From the IMG/VR virus record IMGVR_UViG_3300025133_009407, positions 3,232-67,231 of that record: 64,000 bases of DNA; one strand, written 5' to 3'. The translations under genes and the position numbers were made by a program. Below, piece by piece: positions 30,357 to 38,934 of the stretch. Source of the DNA: a virus. Positions within the stretch are counted from its first letter, which is position 1, and every line of letters begins with the position of its first letter. Under the pieces are notes generated by a model. The model ran no database searches. It saw only the letters and a list, made by a program, of their open reading frames with translations, and was not told the origin of the DNA.

Positions 30357-30644
30357 ATGGCTATTTACAATTTCAAATGTAATACATGCTCTTCGGTAGT
30401 GATATTAAATATTTCTATAAAGAAGTTTGAGCAGCAAAGCCTGGACTGCGCCTTTGACGAAATGATTTGCGAGAATTGTGAGAATTTGTCTGAATTTACT
30501 CGAATCTTCAACATGTCTTCTAGTAAGATAAAAAGAGATAACGAAGAGATAATGAGACAAATCAAAGAAGATTCTAGAAAAATCGTTCGAAGTATTCAAA
30601 GCGGAAATACAAAAACTATGAGAGATATTTACGGAGAAGAATGA
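30357..30644 (+). CDS. FmdB-like zinc-ribbon protein
   Basis: MAIYNFKCNTC...CENC. Confidence 0.65.
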   Translation: MAIYNFKCNTCSSVVILNISIKKFEQQSLDCAFDEMICENCENLSEFTRIFNMSSSKIKRDNEEIMRQIKEDSRKIVRSIQSGNTKTMRDIYGEE

Positions 30645-32563
30645 TGCCGGGTAAGAAAAAGGTAAGCCTCCTAGAGGCATTAAGCAGCCATGTTGATGCA
30701 GTAAGCGCCCTAGAGTGGGAAGGAACCCTGGCAGACTATGTTGATATAATTACTAAAGCTCCCAGCCTACATCGTGGAGCCCACCAGAGGGTTCTTGATA
30801 TGATTGATGCAGCTGGAGTAGAGCGAGATAGTGACGGAGTGGCCACAAAATATCACTTCTTCGATCAAGATCTATTCGGGATCGAAGAGTCTATCTCTGA
30901 AATAATGTCATACCTAAAGGCTGCAGCGGCTGGAAGTGAAGTATCTAGGCGAATTCTTCTACTCTATGGTCCCACTTCCTCAGGAAAATCTCAGCTTGCT
31001 GTTCTTCTAAAGAAAGGGTTGGAATCTTACTCAAAGACTGAAGCCGGAAAGACTTACTGCTTATCTGAATCCCCTATGTACGAAGATCCTCTTTGTGCCA
31101 TTCCAATGGAGTTACGCCCCAGATTTGAGGAAGAGTATGGAATTAAGATAGATGGCTTATTGAGCCCAATTATGGAGCTTTTGCTGAAAGAGACGTATGG
31201 CGGAGACTTTTTGAAGCTTCCGGTTAAGCGCTTTTTCTTCTCAGAGCAGTCTAGAGTTGGAGTAGGAACCTTTGTTCCGTCTGATAAAAAGAGCCAGGAT
31301 ATCTCTGAGCTAGTTGGATCGATGGACCTTAGCAAGATTGGAGAGTACGGTTCAGAATCTGATCCGAGAGCATATCGATTTGATGGTGAGCTTAACGTTG
31401 CAAATAGAGGCATCATGGAGTTTGTTGAGATGCTCAAAGTAGATCAGAAGTTCCTATACGTTCTTCTTACTTTGGCTCAGGAAAAGAATATTAAGACTGG
31501 CCGCTTCCCGTTTATTTATGCAGATGAGTTCTTGCTGGCACACAGTAATGAAACAGAGTACAAGAGATTCTTGGCGAAAGACGAGATGGAAGCGCTCCAC
31601 GACAGAATTATTGTTGTGAAGGTTCCTTATAATCTAAACGTAGCTGATGAGGTTAAGATCTATGAGAAGTTGATCGGTCAGGCGAGATTTGGGGATACCC
31701 ATATTGCTCCATACACTCTATATTGCGCTGCTATGTTTGCGGTGCTATCACGTCTAAAAGATTCTAAGCACGAGGGGCTTACTAACTTAAGCAAGATGAA
31801 GCTTTATAACGGAGAAGACATCGAAGGATTCTCCAAGGTTGATATGCCAATCTTAAAGAAAGAATTTGAAGAGGAAGGCATGACCGGTGTATCTCCGAGA
31901 TATATCATAAACCGAATATCTTCGATGTTAGCACAGGACAATGCTGATTGTGTTACTCCAATTGATGTAATCAGAGCCATTAGAGATGGCTTCAGCACTA
32001 ATCCAAAGCTAGACAAAAAAGAAATTCATAGGCTTGAAAATATTTTAACCTCAGTTATCGAAGAGTATAGCAAGATTGCTAGGAACGAAGTGCAGAAAGC
32101 ATTCTTCGTTAACTTTGAGCAGGAAGTTCAGAATCTTCTCTCAAACTACATGGATCATGTTGGAGCCTTCCTTGATAATACTAACACTCAGAATGAATGG
32201 GGCGAGCCTAGTGAGCCCAATGAGAGATTGATGCGATCAATTGAAGAAAAGGTTGGTATTTCAGAGACTGGCAAGAAGTCATTCCGTCAGGAAATATATC
32301 GAAAGATGCTCAAGTCTGCTTCTGCAGGCGGCAGAGATTATAATTACAAAGATCACGTCAAACTAAGAGAAGCTCTAGAGAAGCAGCTGTTTGACGAGAG
32401 ACAGGATGTAATTAGACTGACCGTTAGTACCCGAAACCCGGATGAAAATGAACTTAAGAAGGTTAACGTTGTAATTCAGACCTTGTGTGACAAATATGGT
32501 TACAGTGCCAAGAGTGCAAACAAGCTGCTAAGATATGTAAGCTCATTGATGGCCAGAAACTAA
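30641..32563 (+). CDS. prkA: PrkA/YeaG family AAA+ protein (annotated serine protein kinase)
   Basis: RRILLLYGPTSSGKS, DISELVGS.D, SDPRAY.FDGELNVANRG..EFVEMLK, HSNE.EY, EAL.DRI, G.SPRY. Confidence 0.95.
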   Translation: MMPGKKKVSLLEALSSHVDAVSALEWEGTLADYVDIITKAPSLHRGAHQRVLDMIDAAGVERDSDGVATKYHFFDQDLFGIEESISEIMSYLKAAAAGSEVSRRILLLYGPTSSGKSQLAVLLKKGLESYSKTEAGKTYCLSESPMYEDPLCAIPMELRPRFEEEYGIKIDGLLSPIMELLLKETYGGDFLKLPVKRFFFSEQSRVGVGTFVPSDKKSQDISELVGSMDLSKIGEYGSESDPRAYRFDGELNVANRGIMEFVEMLKVDQKFLYVLLTLAQEKNIKTGRFPFIYADEFLLAHSNETEYKRFLAKDEMEALHDRIIVVKVPYNLNVADEVKIYEKLIGQARFGDTHIAPYTLYCAAMFAVLSRLKDSKHEGLTNLSKMKLYNGEDIEGFSKVDMPILKKEFEEEGMTGVSPRYIINRISSMLAQDNADCVTPIDVIRAIRDGFSTNPKLDKKEIHRLENILTSVIEEYSKIARNEVQKAFFVNFEQEVQNLLSNYMDHVGAFLDNTNTQNEWGEPSEPNERLMRSIEEKVGISETGKKSFRQEIYRKMLKSASAGGRDYNYKDHVKLREALEKQLFDERQDVIRLTVSTRNPDENELKKVNVVIQTLCDKYGYSAKSANKLLRYVSSLMARN

Positions 32564-32564
32564 A

Positions 32565-33749
32565 ATGTCTAAGGCATCAAAAGCCGAGCAGAGCCTGTCA
32601 GATATCTGGAAGCTCAAACAGAGGGGCAAGAGAGATTCTGACAGGCAGAAGAAGCTTGTCAATGATGCCATTAGGAAGAATGGAAAGGATTTAATTACAG
32701 AATATAATATCATTCAATCAGATGGTGATAAGAAGATTAAGATCCCGATTCGTTTCTTGGATCGTTATAAATTTAAGTACGGAAAGCTCAAGGATAAGTC
32801 TGGAACAGGCCAGGGACTTGATGTAAAGCCGGGCGATAAATATAAAATAAGAAGCGGAAAGAAAAAGAAAGCCCCAGGGGCTGGAAAAGCAGGCGATGAA
32901 GAAGGCGAGATAGCTTTTGAAGCAGAAGTCTCTATTGATGAGCTTGTAGATATTTTGCTGGATGAGTTGAACCTGCCGTGGATGGAGCCGAATAAAAGCT
33001 CAGCCATCGAGGTAGAGACTGAAGATCTATCCTCTATAGAGAAGAAGGGCATCTATCCTAATTTAGATCTGAAAAAGACATTAATCCAAAATCTTAAAAG
33101 AAATGCTGCAAAAGGCAACGCAAAGATTGGTGGCATTAACGAGAATGACCTAAGGTACAGAACGTGGGAGACTAACAAGGAGTATCATTCTAACGCAGCT
33201 ATATACCTAATGATGGACCGCAGCGGCTCAATGAGTGCGGAGAAGAGATATATAGCTAAGAGTTTCTACTTTTGGATGGTTCAGTTCTTAAAGAGAAGAT
33301 ATAAGAATATCAAATTAGTCTTTATCGCTCATGACACTAAAGCTTATAAGGTTGAGGAGAAGGAGTTCTTTGCTGTCACAAGTGGCGGCGGCACAAAGTG
33401 TAGCTCTGCATTTAAAATGGCATACGAGCACATGGTAGAGCATCATCCGATTGAGACTTGGAATAACTATGTTTTCGAATTTTCAGACGGAGATAATTGG
33501 GGTGACGACAATCTGCTCGTACTAGATTATATAGCTAAAATGCTACCACTAGTCAGGGCAATAGGCTACGGAGAAATTACTCCAGAAAATGAATTCGCAT
33601 GGAATGTTGAGGAGAATCGCCTATCGGCTTTGCTGGAAAAAACTGTTAAGCGAACACGATTTGTCTCTATCAAGATCTCGTCTAGAGATCAAGTTTTTGA
33701 TGCACTAAAAATGTTTTTTAATATTGACGGGAAAGCAGTTAAGGCTTAA
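32565..33749 (+). CDS. yeaH: YeaH/YhbH (DUF444) vWA-domain protein
   Basis: AGDEEG, LNLP, DLRYRTW, MMDRSGSM, FIAHDT, GGGTKCSS, FSDGDNW. Confidence 0.93.
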   Translation: MSKASKAEQSLSDIWKLKQRGKRDSDRQKKLVNDAIRKNGKDLITEYNIIQSDGDKKIKIPIRFLDRYKFKYGKLKDKSGTGQGLDVKPGDKYKIRSGKKKKAPGAGKAGDEEGEIAFEAEVSIDELVDILLDELNLPWMEPNKSSAIEVETEDLSSIEKKGIYPNLDLKKTLIQNLKRNAAKGNAKIGGINENDLRYRTWETNKEYHSNAAIYLMMDRSGSMSAEKRYIAKSFYFWMVQFLKRRYKNIKLVFIAHDTKAYKVEEKEFFAVTSGGGTKCSSAFKMAYEHMVEHHPIETWNNYVFEFSDGDNWGDDNLLVLDYIAKMLPLVRAIGYGEITPENEFAWNVEENRLSALLEKTVKRTRFVSIKISSRDQVFDALKMFFNIDGKAVKA

Positions 33750-33758
33750 AAATAGAAG

Positions 33759-35339
33759 ATGGAGCGCCTAATAAATAAAGAAGAACTCATAAACCTTCTT
33801 GACAAGAAAATATCTGTTCGAGCTATGGCAAAAGAGGTGGGGTGTTCTCATACTACTTTAATCAAGCGTGTCAAAGAGCATGGCCTTTCTAATTATGGAA
33901 GAGAATATAGAGATAAAGATATACTTTCTAAATTATATTTAAAAGAAAATAAAACAATATCTGAAATAGCCTCAATTTATGGCGCATCTCAAATAACTAT
34001 TTCAAAGTATATAAAAAAGTTTGAGTTGAAAAAAACAATAGAGGCAAAGGCAAGTGCCACTCTTACAAAGAGAAAGGCAACATGCCAAGACCTATATGGT
34101 GTTGATAACGTCATGCAGCTTGAGAAGACAAAGCAGGCTGCAAAAAATACTTCGATAGACAGATACGGAGCCGAACATTATTCTAAAACAGAAGAATGGA
34201 GAACAAAGGCGGTAGCTAAAAATTTAAAGAAATATGGTGTCAAATGGACTCTTGACAGGGGAGATGTTAAGGAGAAAATAAGCACAACATTACTAAGGAA
34301 ATATGGGGTTACCAATCCATCATTCATTAAAGGTATTTCGGATAAGAAAAGAGAAACTCTATTAAAAAATCATTCGGGCTCAAAAGGAATCGTTCACAAT
34401 ATTGAGGGATATACTTCAAGACAGATTTCTGATCTGTATAATATTCCTTACTCAAGTGTTAATTACTTTATAAACAAATATCAAGTAGATACCCTGAAGT
34501 CCCTGAAGGAGATAGCAGATAAGTCTTCGTCAGGTCAAAATGGTTTAGAGAAATTTGCGGAAAAAGAGTTTAAACTATCATTTTATGACAAACAAGCACC
34601 TGGGGTCGGTGGATATAGACCCGACTTTCTTGTAAAAGACGGAATATACATGAATGCCGATGGACTATATTGGCATAGTGAACTTAGAAATAATGATAAA
34701 TGGTATCATTTTAATCTTAGAAAGAAATTTGAAGAAAATAATTATAGAATTTTACAATTTCGTGAAAATGAAATTTTGAAAAAAACAGAATTAGTTAAGT
34801 CAATGTTGTCTCATTTATCAGGGAATACTCCTAATAAGATTCATGGAAGAAAAACGGTTTTTGAGAAGCTGAGCATAAAGCAGGCCAGAAGTTTTCTAGA
34901 TAGAAATCATATTAAAGGATTTATGAACTCAAATCATTATGGCCTAATGCTTGGAGGAGCGCCGGTTGCCATTATGTCCGTAAGACTATTTGGATCGACT
35001 ATCAAAGTCGATAGATTTTGTACAAAAATGTCAACCGTAGTTAACGGAGGGTTTTCGAAGCTTCTTAAGAACATATCAGAGCTTTACGAGTTTGACAAGA
35101 TTGATTATTGGGTAGACCTAAGATACGGTTCTGGAAGTTTTCTTAAAAATTATGGTTTTAAAATAAAAAAAGAAACACTTGGGTGGGAGTGGACTGACTT
35201 GAAAAATACATATAATCGCCTCAAGTGTAGGGCAAATATGGACAATAGAATGCTTAGTCAGGCTGATCACGCATCTGAATTAAAACTAGTCAAAATTTAT
35301 GATGCAGGCCAAAGGCTATGGATAAAGGAGCTGAGATGA
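33759..35339 (+). mobile_element. Free-standing putative homing endonuclease (HTH, KYGV repeats, PD-(D/E)xK-like nuclease, Hef-like C-terminus)
   Basis: N-terminal HTHs; repeats LYGVDN/RYGAEH/KYGVKW/KYGVTN; RPDF..NADGLYWHSE; FLDRNHIKG, RFC, GGFSKLL, IYDAGQ. Confidence 0.75.
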
Positions 35340-37933
35340 GCGACATCCTAAGAGAAAGAATACAGATTTTAGAAAAAGAGGCTCTCGATATGGGCCTCGA
35401 CTATTATCCTATAAATTATGAGGTTGTTCCTCAAGAAACTATGCTTGAGGTTATAAGCTATGGCCTTCCGACTAGAGCGAGGCACTGGAGTTACGGTCAG
35501 TCTTACGAGTATCAGAAAATGCAAGGAGAGATGGGCTTTTCTAAAGTTTATGAAGTCGTACTAAACAACGATCCGTCTTATGCATTTTTGCTAGATACAA
35601 ATTCAGATATAGCAAATACGATGGTTGCAGCACATGTAATTGGGCACGTCCATTTCTTTAAAAACAATCACCTGTTCAAGATGACTGATAACAAAATGGT
35701 TTATCACGCGGCAGAAAGAGCGCAGAGGATCGAGGGATATATAGAGAAATATGGCCTAGAGGTAGTTGAGAGGGTCATGGATATAGGCTTCGCCCTCGAT
35801 AAGCATATCGATTGGCATAAGGGAGTTTACAGAAAGCCTTATGCACATGAGGACAAGTACTTCAAAGATATCAAGAAGGATGAGTTTTCAGACGTTCTTG
35901 ATAAGGATTCCATGTCTAAGGTTGAAGTTGTTCCCAAAAACAAGTTCCCTCCACAGCCTGAGTTTGATTTAATTTGGTTCTTAATACATTACTCGAAGTC
36001 ACTAGAGCCCTGGCAGGTTGATGTTCTTGACATTATTAGACAAGAGTCTTATTATTTCTACCCTCAATATATGACAAAGATTATGAACGAAGGATTCGCC
36101 TGTATTACGGGAGATTCAATGGTCTTTACAGAGACCGGAATGATCCCGATGAAAGATGTTGTGTCTGGAGATTCAAAGTTTGTTGATGATAACGAAATGC
36201 CCAGAGGGATCATGGCAAAGCAGATTATTGGGAAGAAGCGCTGCATAGAAATAGAGACAAGCAGGGGATACTCTATTCGTGGGGCAGATAATCACAGATT
36301 ATTATGTGATGGAGATTGGAGTAGATTAGATGAAATGAGCCTTGGCCATAAGGTTGATCTCTCAATTGGAAGCGGCATATGGAATGAAGAATATTACAAA
36401 GTCAATTATGAGCCAAGAGAATTAAAGATTACGTTGAAAGATATGTGCGCCGAGGCCGGAGTATCTGTAACTACTTTATGGAGAAGAAGGCAGGGTAAAA
36501 ATGTTAGAAAGAAAGAGATAATTGATGCTCTTTTGGCGCGTTATAAGTCTGAAAAATCTGACGACACCAAGGTTAGTGCTATTGGCACAAAAAAAAGAAA
36601 GGATATAGTATTTCCAGAAATTGTAAATGAAGATATGGGAAGATTTTTGGGATTGTTAACTGGAGACGGGCATATTTCCCGAAAAGGAAGAAGCTTTGGA
36701 TTTACATCTGGAGATAAAAACCTTGCTGATGAGTTTTCTAATTTAACCAAAGAGTTATTTGGATTATCATGCAAAATACGCAAAGATGAAAAAAGATATC
36801 GTGTGAATTTTTATTCAGAATCCGTATCAGACTTTTTGGTAGATTTCTTCGGATGTACGACTGGAGTTTCGGCAAGGAAAAAGAACATATCTGATGTAAT
36901 CTTGAGATCACCGAAAAGTGTTATAGCAGCCTATATACGGGGCTTATTCGATGCTGATGGATGCGCTCATAAGGGTGGGGTTACTTTTGTAACTGCAAGC
37001 GAGGGGATGGCAAAGAATATTCAAATAATATTATCTAATTTCAATATATTGTGCAGCAGAAGGCTTCGCGGAGACGAAACATATGCTATAACCATTCATG
37101 GATTATCAGCAAAAAGATATAGTGAGGAAATTGGGTTCGGCCTTAAGCGCAAGCAGGATAGGTTAGGTGATTATATTTCTGACAGAAAATGGTGGAAAAA
37201 AGAAAAATATTATGATAAAGTTCTTAAGATTAAGGAGTCATATGAGACTGTATATGACATATCGGTAGAGGAATCGCATAGATATGCTGCTAATGGATTT
37301 ATAAATCATAATAGCTTTATTCACGCCGAACTTATGTACACAACCGACTGTATAGATTACTCTGAGCATTTAGACTTCTGTAAGATTCATGAAAAAGTTG
37401 TTCAGCCCGGTGGAAACAAACTTAAGATCAACCCATATTTCTTAGGATTTTGCATACTTGAAGAGGTTAGAAAGAAATATAACAAGCTAAACGAAGACGG
37501 CGAATCTGAAATCGATGGGTTCCAGAAAATTTATGAAATCGTCAGGGATGAGGATGACATTTCCTTCATCAGAAATTATCTAACAAAAGAGTTGGCGGAA
37601 GAGCTAAAATTGTTTACATATGTTGGGATAAAGATGTCCTCCGGTGATGAGGCGATCCACGTGATCGGAACCGAGTTGGATTTGCTTAAAGAATCTTTAG
37701 TAAAGGATCTTTATAACTATATGGCTCCACTGATCTGTGTTACAGGAATAGAAGATGGAGTCTTACAGTTAGAGCATAGAAGCGGGAATATTGGAACGCT
37801 AGACTATAAGCATCTAGAGATCACATTAGAGTATATGTACGAAGCTTGGGGTGGCCCAGTAAATATAGCGACTGTAGACTCAGAAGGCAAGCCTGTTCAT
37901 TTTACTCATGATGAGTTAGGCTTCAGTGGATAG
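35336..37933 (+). CDS. spoVR: SpoVR/YcgB family protein, intein-containing
   Basis: YGLPTR..HWSYG, YEVVLN.DP.YAFL, AHVIGHVHFFKNN, YFYPQ..TKIMNEGFA|SFIH, NPYFLG. Confidence 0.95.
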   Translation: MSDILRERIQILEKEALDMGLDYYPINYEVVPQETMLEVISYGLPTRARHWSYGQSYEYQKMQGEMGFSKVYEVVLNNDPSYAFLLDTNSDIANTMVAAHVIGHVHFFKNNHLFKMTDNKMVYHAAERAQRIEGYIEKYGLEVVERVMDIGFALDKHIDWHKGVYRKPYAHEDKYFKDIKKDEFSDVLDKDSMSKVEVVPKNKFPPQPEFDLIWFLIHYSKSLEPWQVDVLDIIRQESYYFYPQYMTKIMNEGFACITGDSMVFTETGMIPMKDVVSGDSKFVDDNEMPRGIMAKQIIGKKRCIEIETSRGYSIRGADNHRLLCDGDWSRLDEMSLGHKVDLSIGSGIWNEEYYKVNYEPRELKITLKDMCAEAGVSVTTLWRRRQGKNVRKKEIIDALLARYKSEKSDDTKVSAIGTKKRKDIVFPEIVNEDMGRFLGLLTGDGHISRKGRSFGFTSGDKNLADEFSNLTKELFGLSCKIRKDEKRYRVNFYSESVSDFLVDFFGCTTGVSARKKNISDVILRSPKSVIAAYIRGLFDADGCAHKGGVTFVTASEGMAKNIQIILSNFNILCSRRLRGDETYAITIHGLSAKRYSEEIGFGLKRKQDRLGDYISDRKWWKKEKYYDKVLKIKESYETVYDISVEESHRYAANGFINHNSFIHAELMYTTDCIDYSEHLDFCKIHEKVVQPGGNKLKINPYFLGFCILEEVRKKYNKLNEDGESEIDGFQKIYEIVRDEDDISFIRNYLTKELAEELKLFTYVGIKMSSGDEAIHVIGTELDLLKESLVKDLYNYMAPLICVTGIEDGVLQLEHRSGNIGTLDYKHLEITLEYMYEAWGGPVNIATVDSEGKPVHFTHDELGFSG
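36101..37312 (+). mobile_element. Intein (404 aa) with LAGLIDADG endonuclease and HTH insert
   Basis: Starts CITGDS, ends INHN followed by Ser; GLLTGDG and IRGLFDADG. Confidence 0.93.
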
Positions 37934-38504
37934 TGATAGGAAGAAAGCAATGTCTGATGAAGTAAAGCTAATTACGCTCGATACCCAAAGAAAAGCCTCT
38001 TCGGCTGATTTCTCTTTTCAATTTAATGCAGCCAGAGAGTATTTGAAAGTAGAAAAGAAAATCTTCGGTGTATTATGCACTATCTCTAAGGAAAACAGAA
38101 AGCAAAGCAAACTAGGAATACTAGTTGTTTTAGGAGTCTTTGATAGTGTAAATGATCATGTCATCTCTGGCATGAGGCAGATAGGAATCAATCCTATTCA
38201 AAAGTATATAAATATTTGTGATGAATCTTTTAAAAAAGACATTGCTACGATATTCCGTGAAGGTGCTGATGGCGCAATCATAATAAATAGAAATGGACAG
38301 ATCATAGGAACTAGGGTGTATTTGGTCGTAGACGATTCATCTCTAGACGTTCCTGATGGTTGCGGAACAAGGCATATCAGTGCAGCATCCTTCTCCACAA
38401 GGGACGATGTTATTGCCGCTTTTACTCTGTCAGAAGAAAGCTCAATTGTAAGAAATTGGAAAAATGGAGCATTCGTAGAACAGTATAATCCGGACGACGA
38501 GTAA
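37926..38504 (+). CDS. Diadenylate cyclase (DAC/DisA_N) domain protein
   Basis: DGAIII, GCGTRHISAA and LSEE match the DAC DGA / RHR-type / SEE motifs. Confidence 0.82.
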   Translation: MDSDRKKAMSDEVKLITLDTQRKASSADFSFQFNAAREYLKVEKKIFGVLCTISKENRKQSKLGILVVLGVFDSVNDHVISGMRQIGINPIQKYINICDESFKKDIATIFREGADGAIIINRNGQIIGTRVYLVVDDSSLDVPDGCGTRHISAASFSTRDDVIAAFTLSEESSIVRNWKNGAFVEQYNPDDE

Positions 38505-38818
38505 CATCCGATTTTTCTGTGCAATCTTTTTTGTATTAAATTAAAAGATGAAAAAAATGTTGATATAAAGTTTCGGCGGGGCTAAATTTTGGGCCTGGAA
38601 CACCGTCTGATAATCAAAAGAAAGTTAAGATGGAGTTTAAAAACAGAATAATAAAAATCTATTTACAAAAATATTTATCTTAAAAAATAGGCAGAAATCT
38701 TCTATTAAAAGCAGACTTAGTACTCTTACGCTAAGTCTATTTGAGTTTATAAAAAAATGATATCAAAGCCTATTTCAAAAATGAACACAAATGTATCTGA
38801 TAACCAGGAATTCACAGT

Positions 38819-38846
38819 GCCGCCTTCAATTGGCGGCTTCTTTTTT
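38819..38846 (+). terminator. Intrinsic terminator-like hairpin
   Basis: GCCGCC-ttcaatt-GGCGGC followed by TTCTTTTTT. Confidence 0.7.
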
Positions 38847-38934
38847 ATACAAATAGAATTTTTCGCCATTTTGGCAAGCTAACTTAAAAATATAATCATT
38901 CAGGCTGTATAGCCTATAATAATCGGAGAGAGAA

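Noticed and set aside
38505-38934. Cobalamin riboswitch or NrdR boxes upstream of nrdJ
   Set aside because: No recognisable B12-box or tandem NrdR consensus, and the region is too AT-rich.
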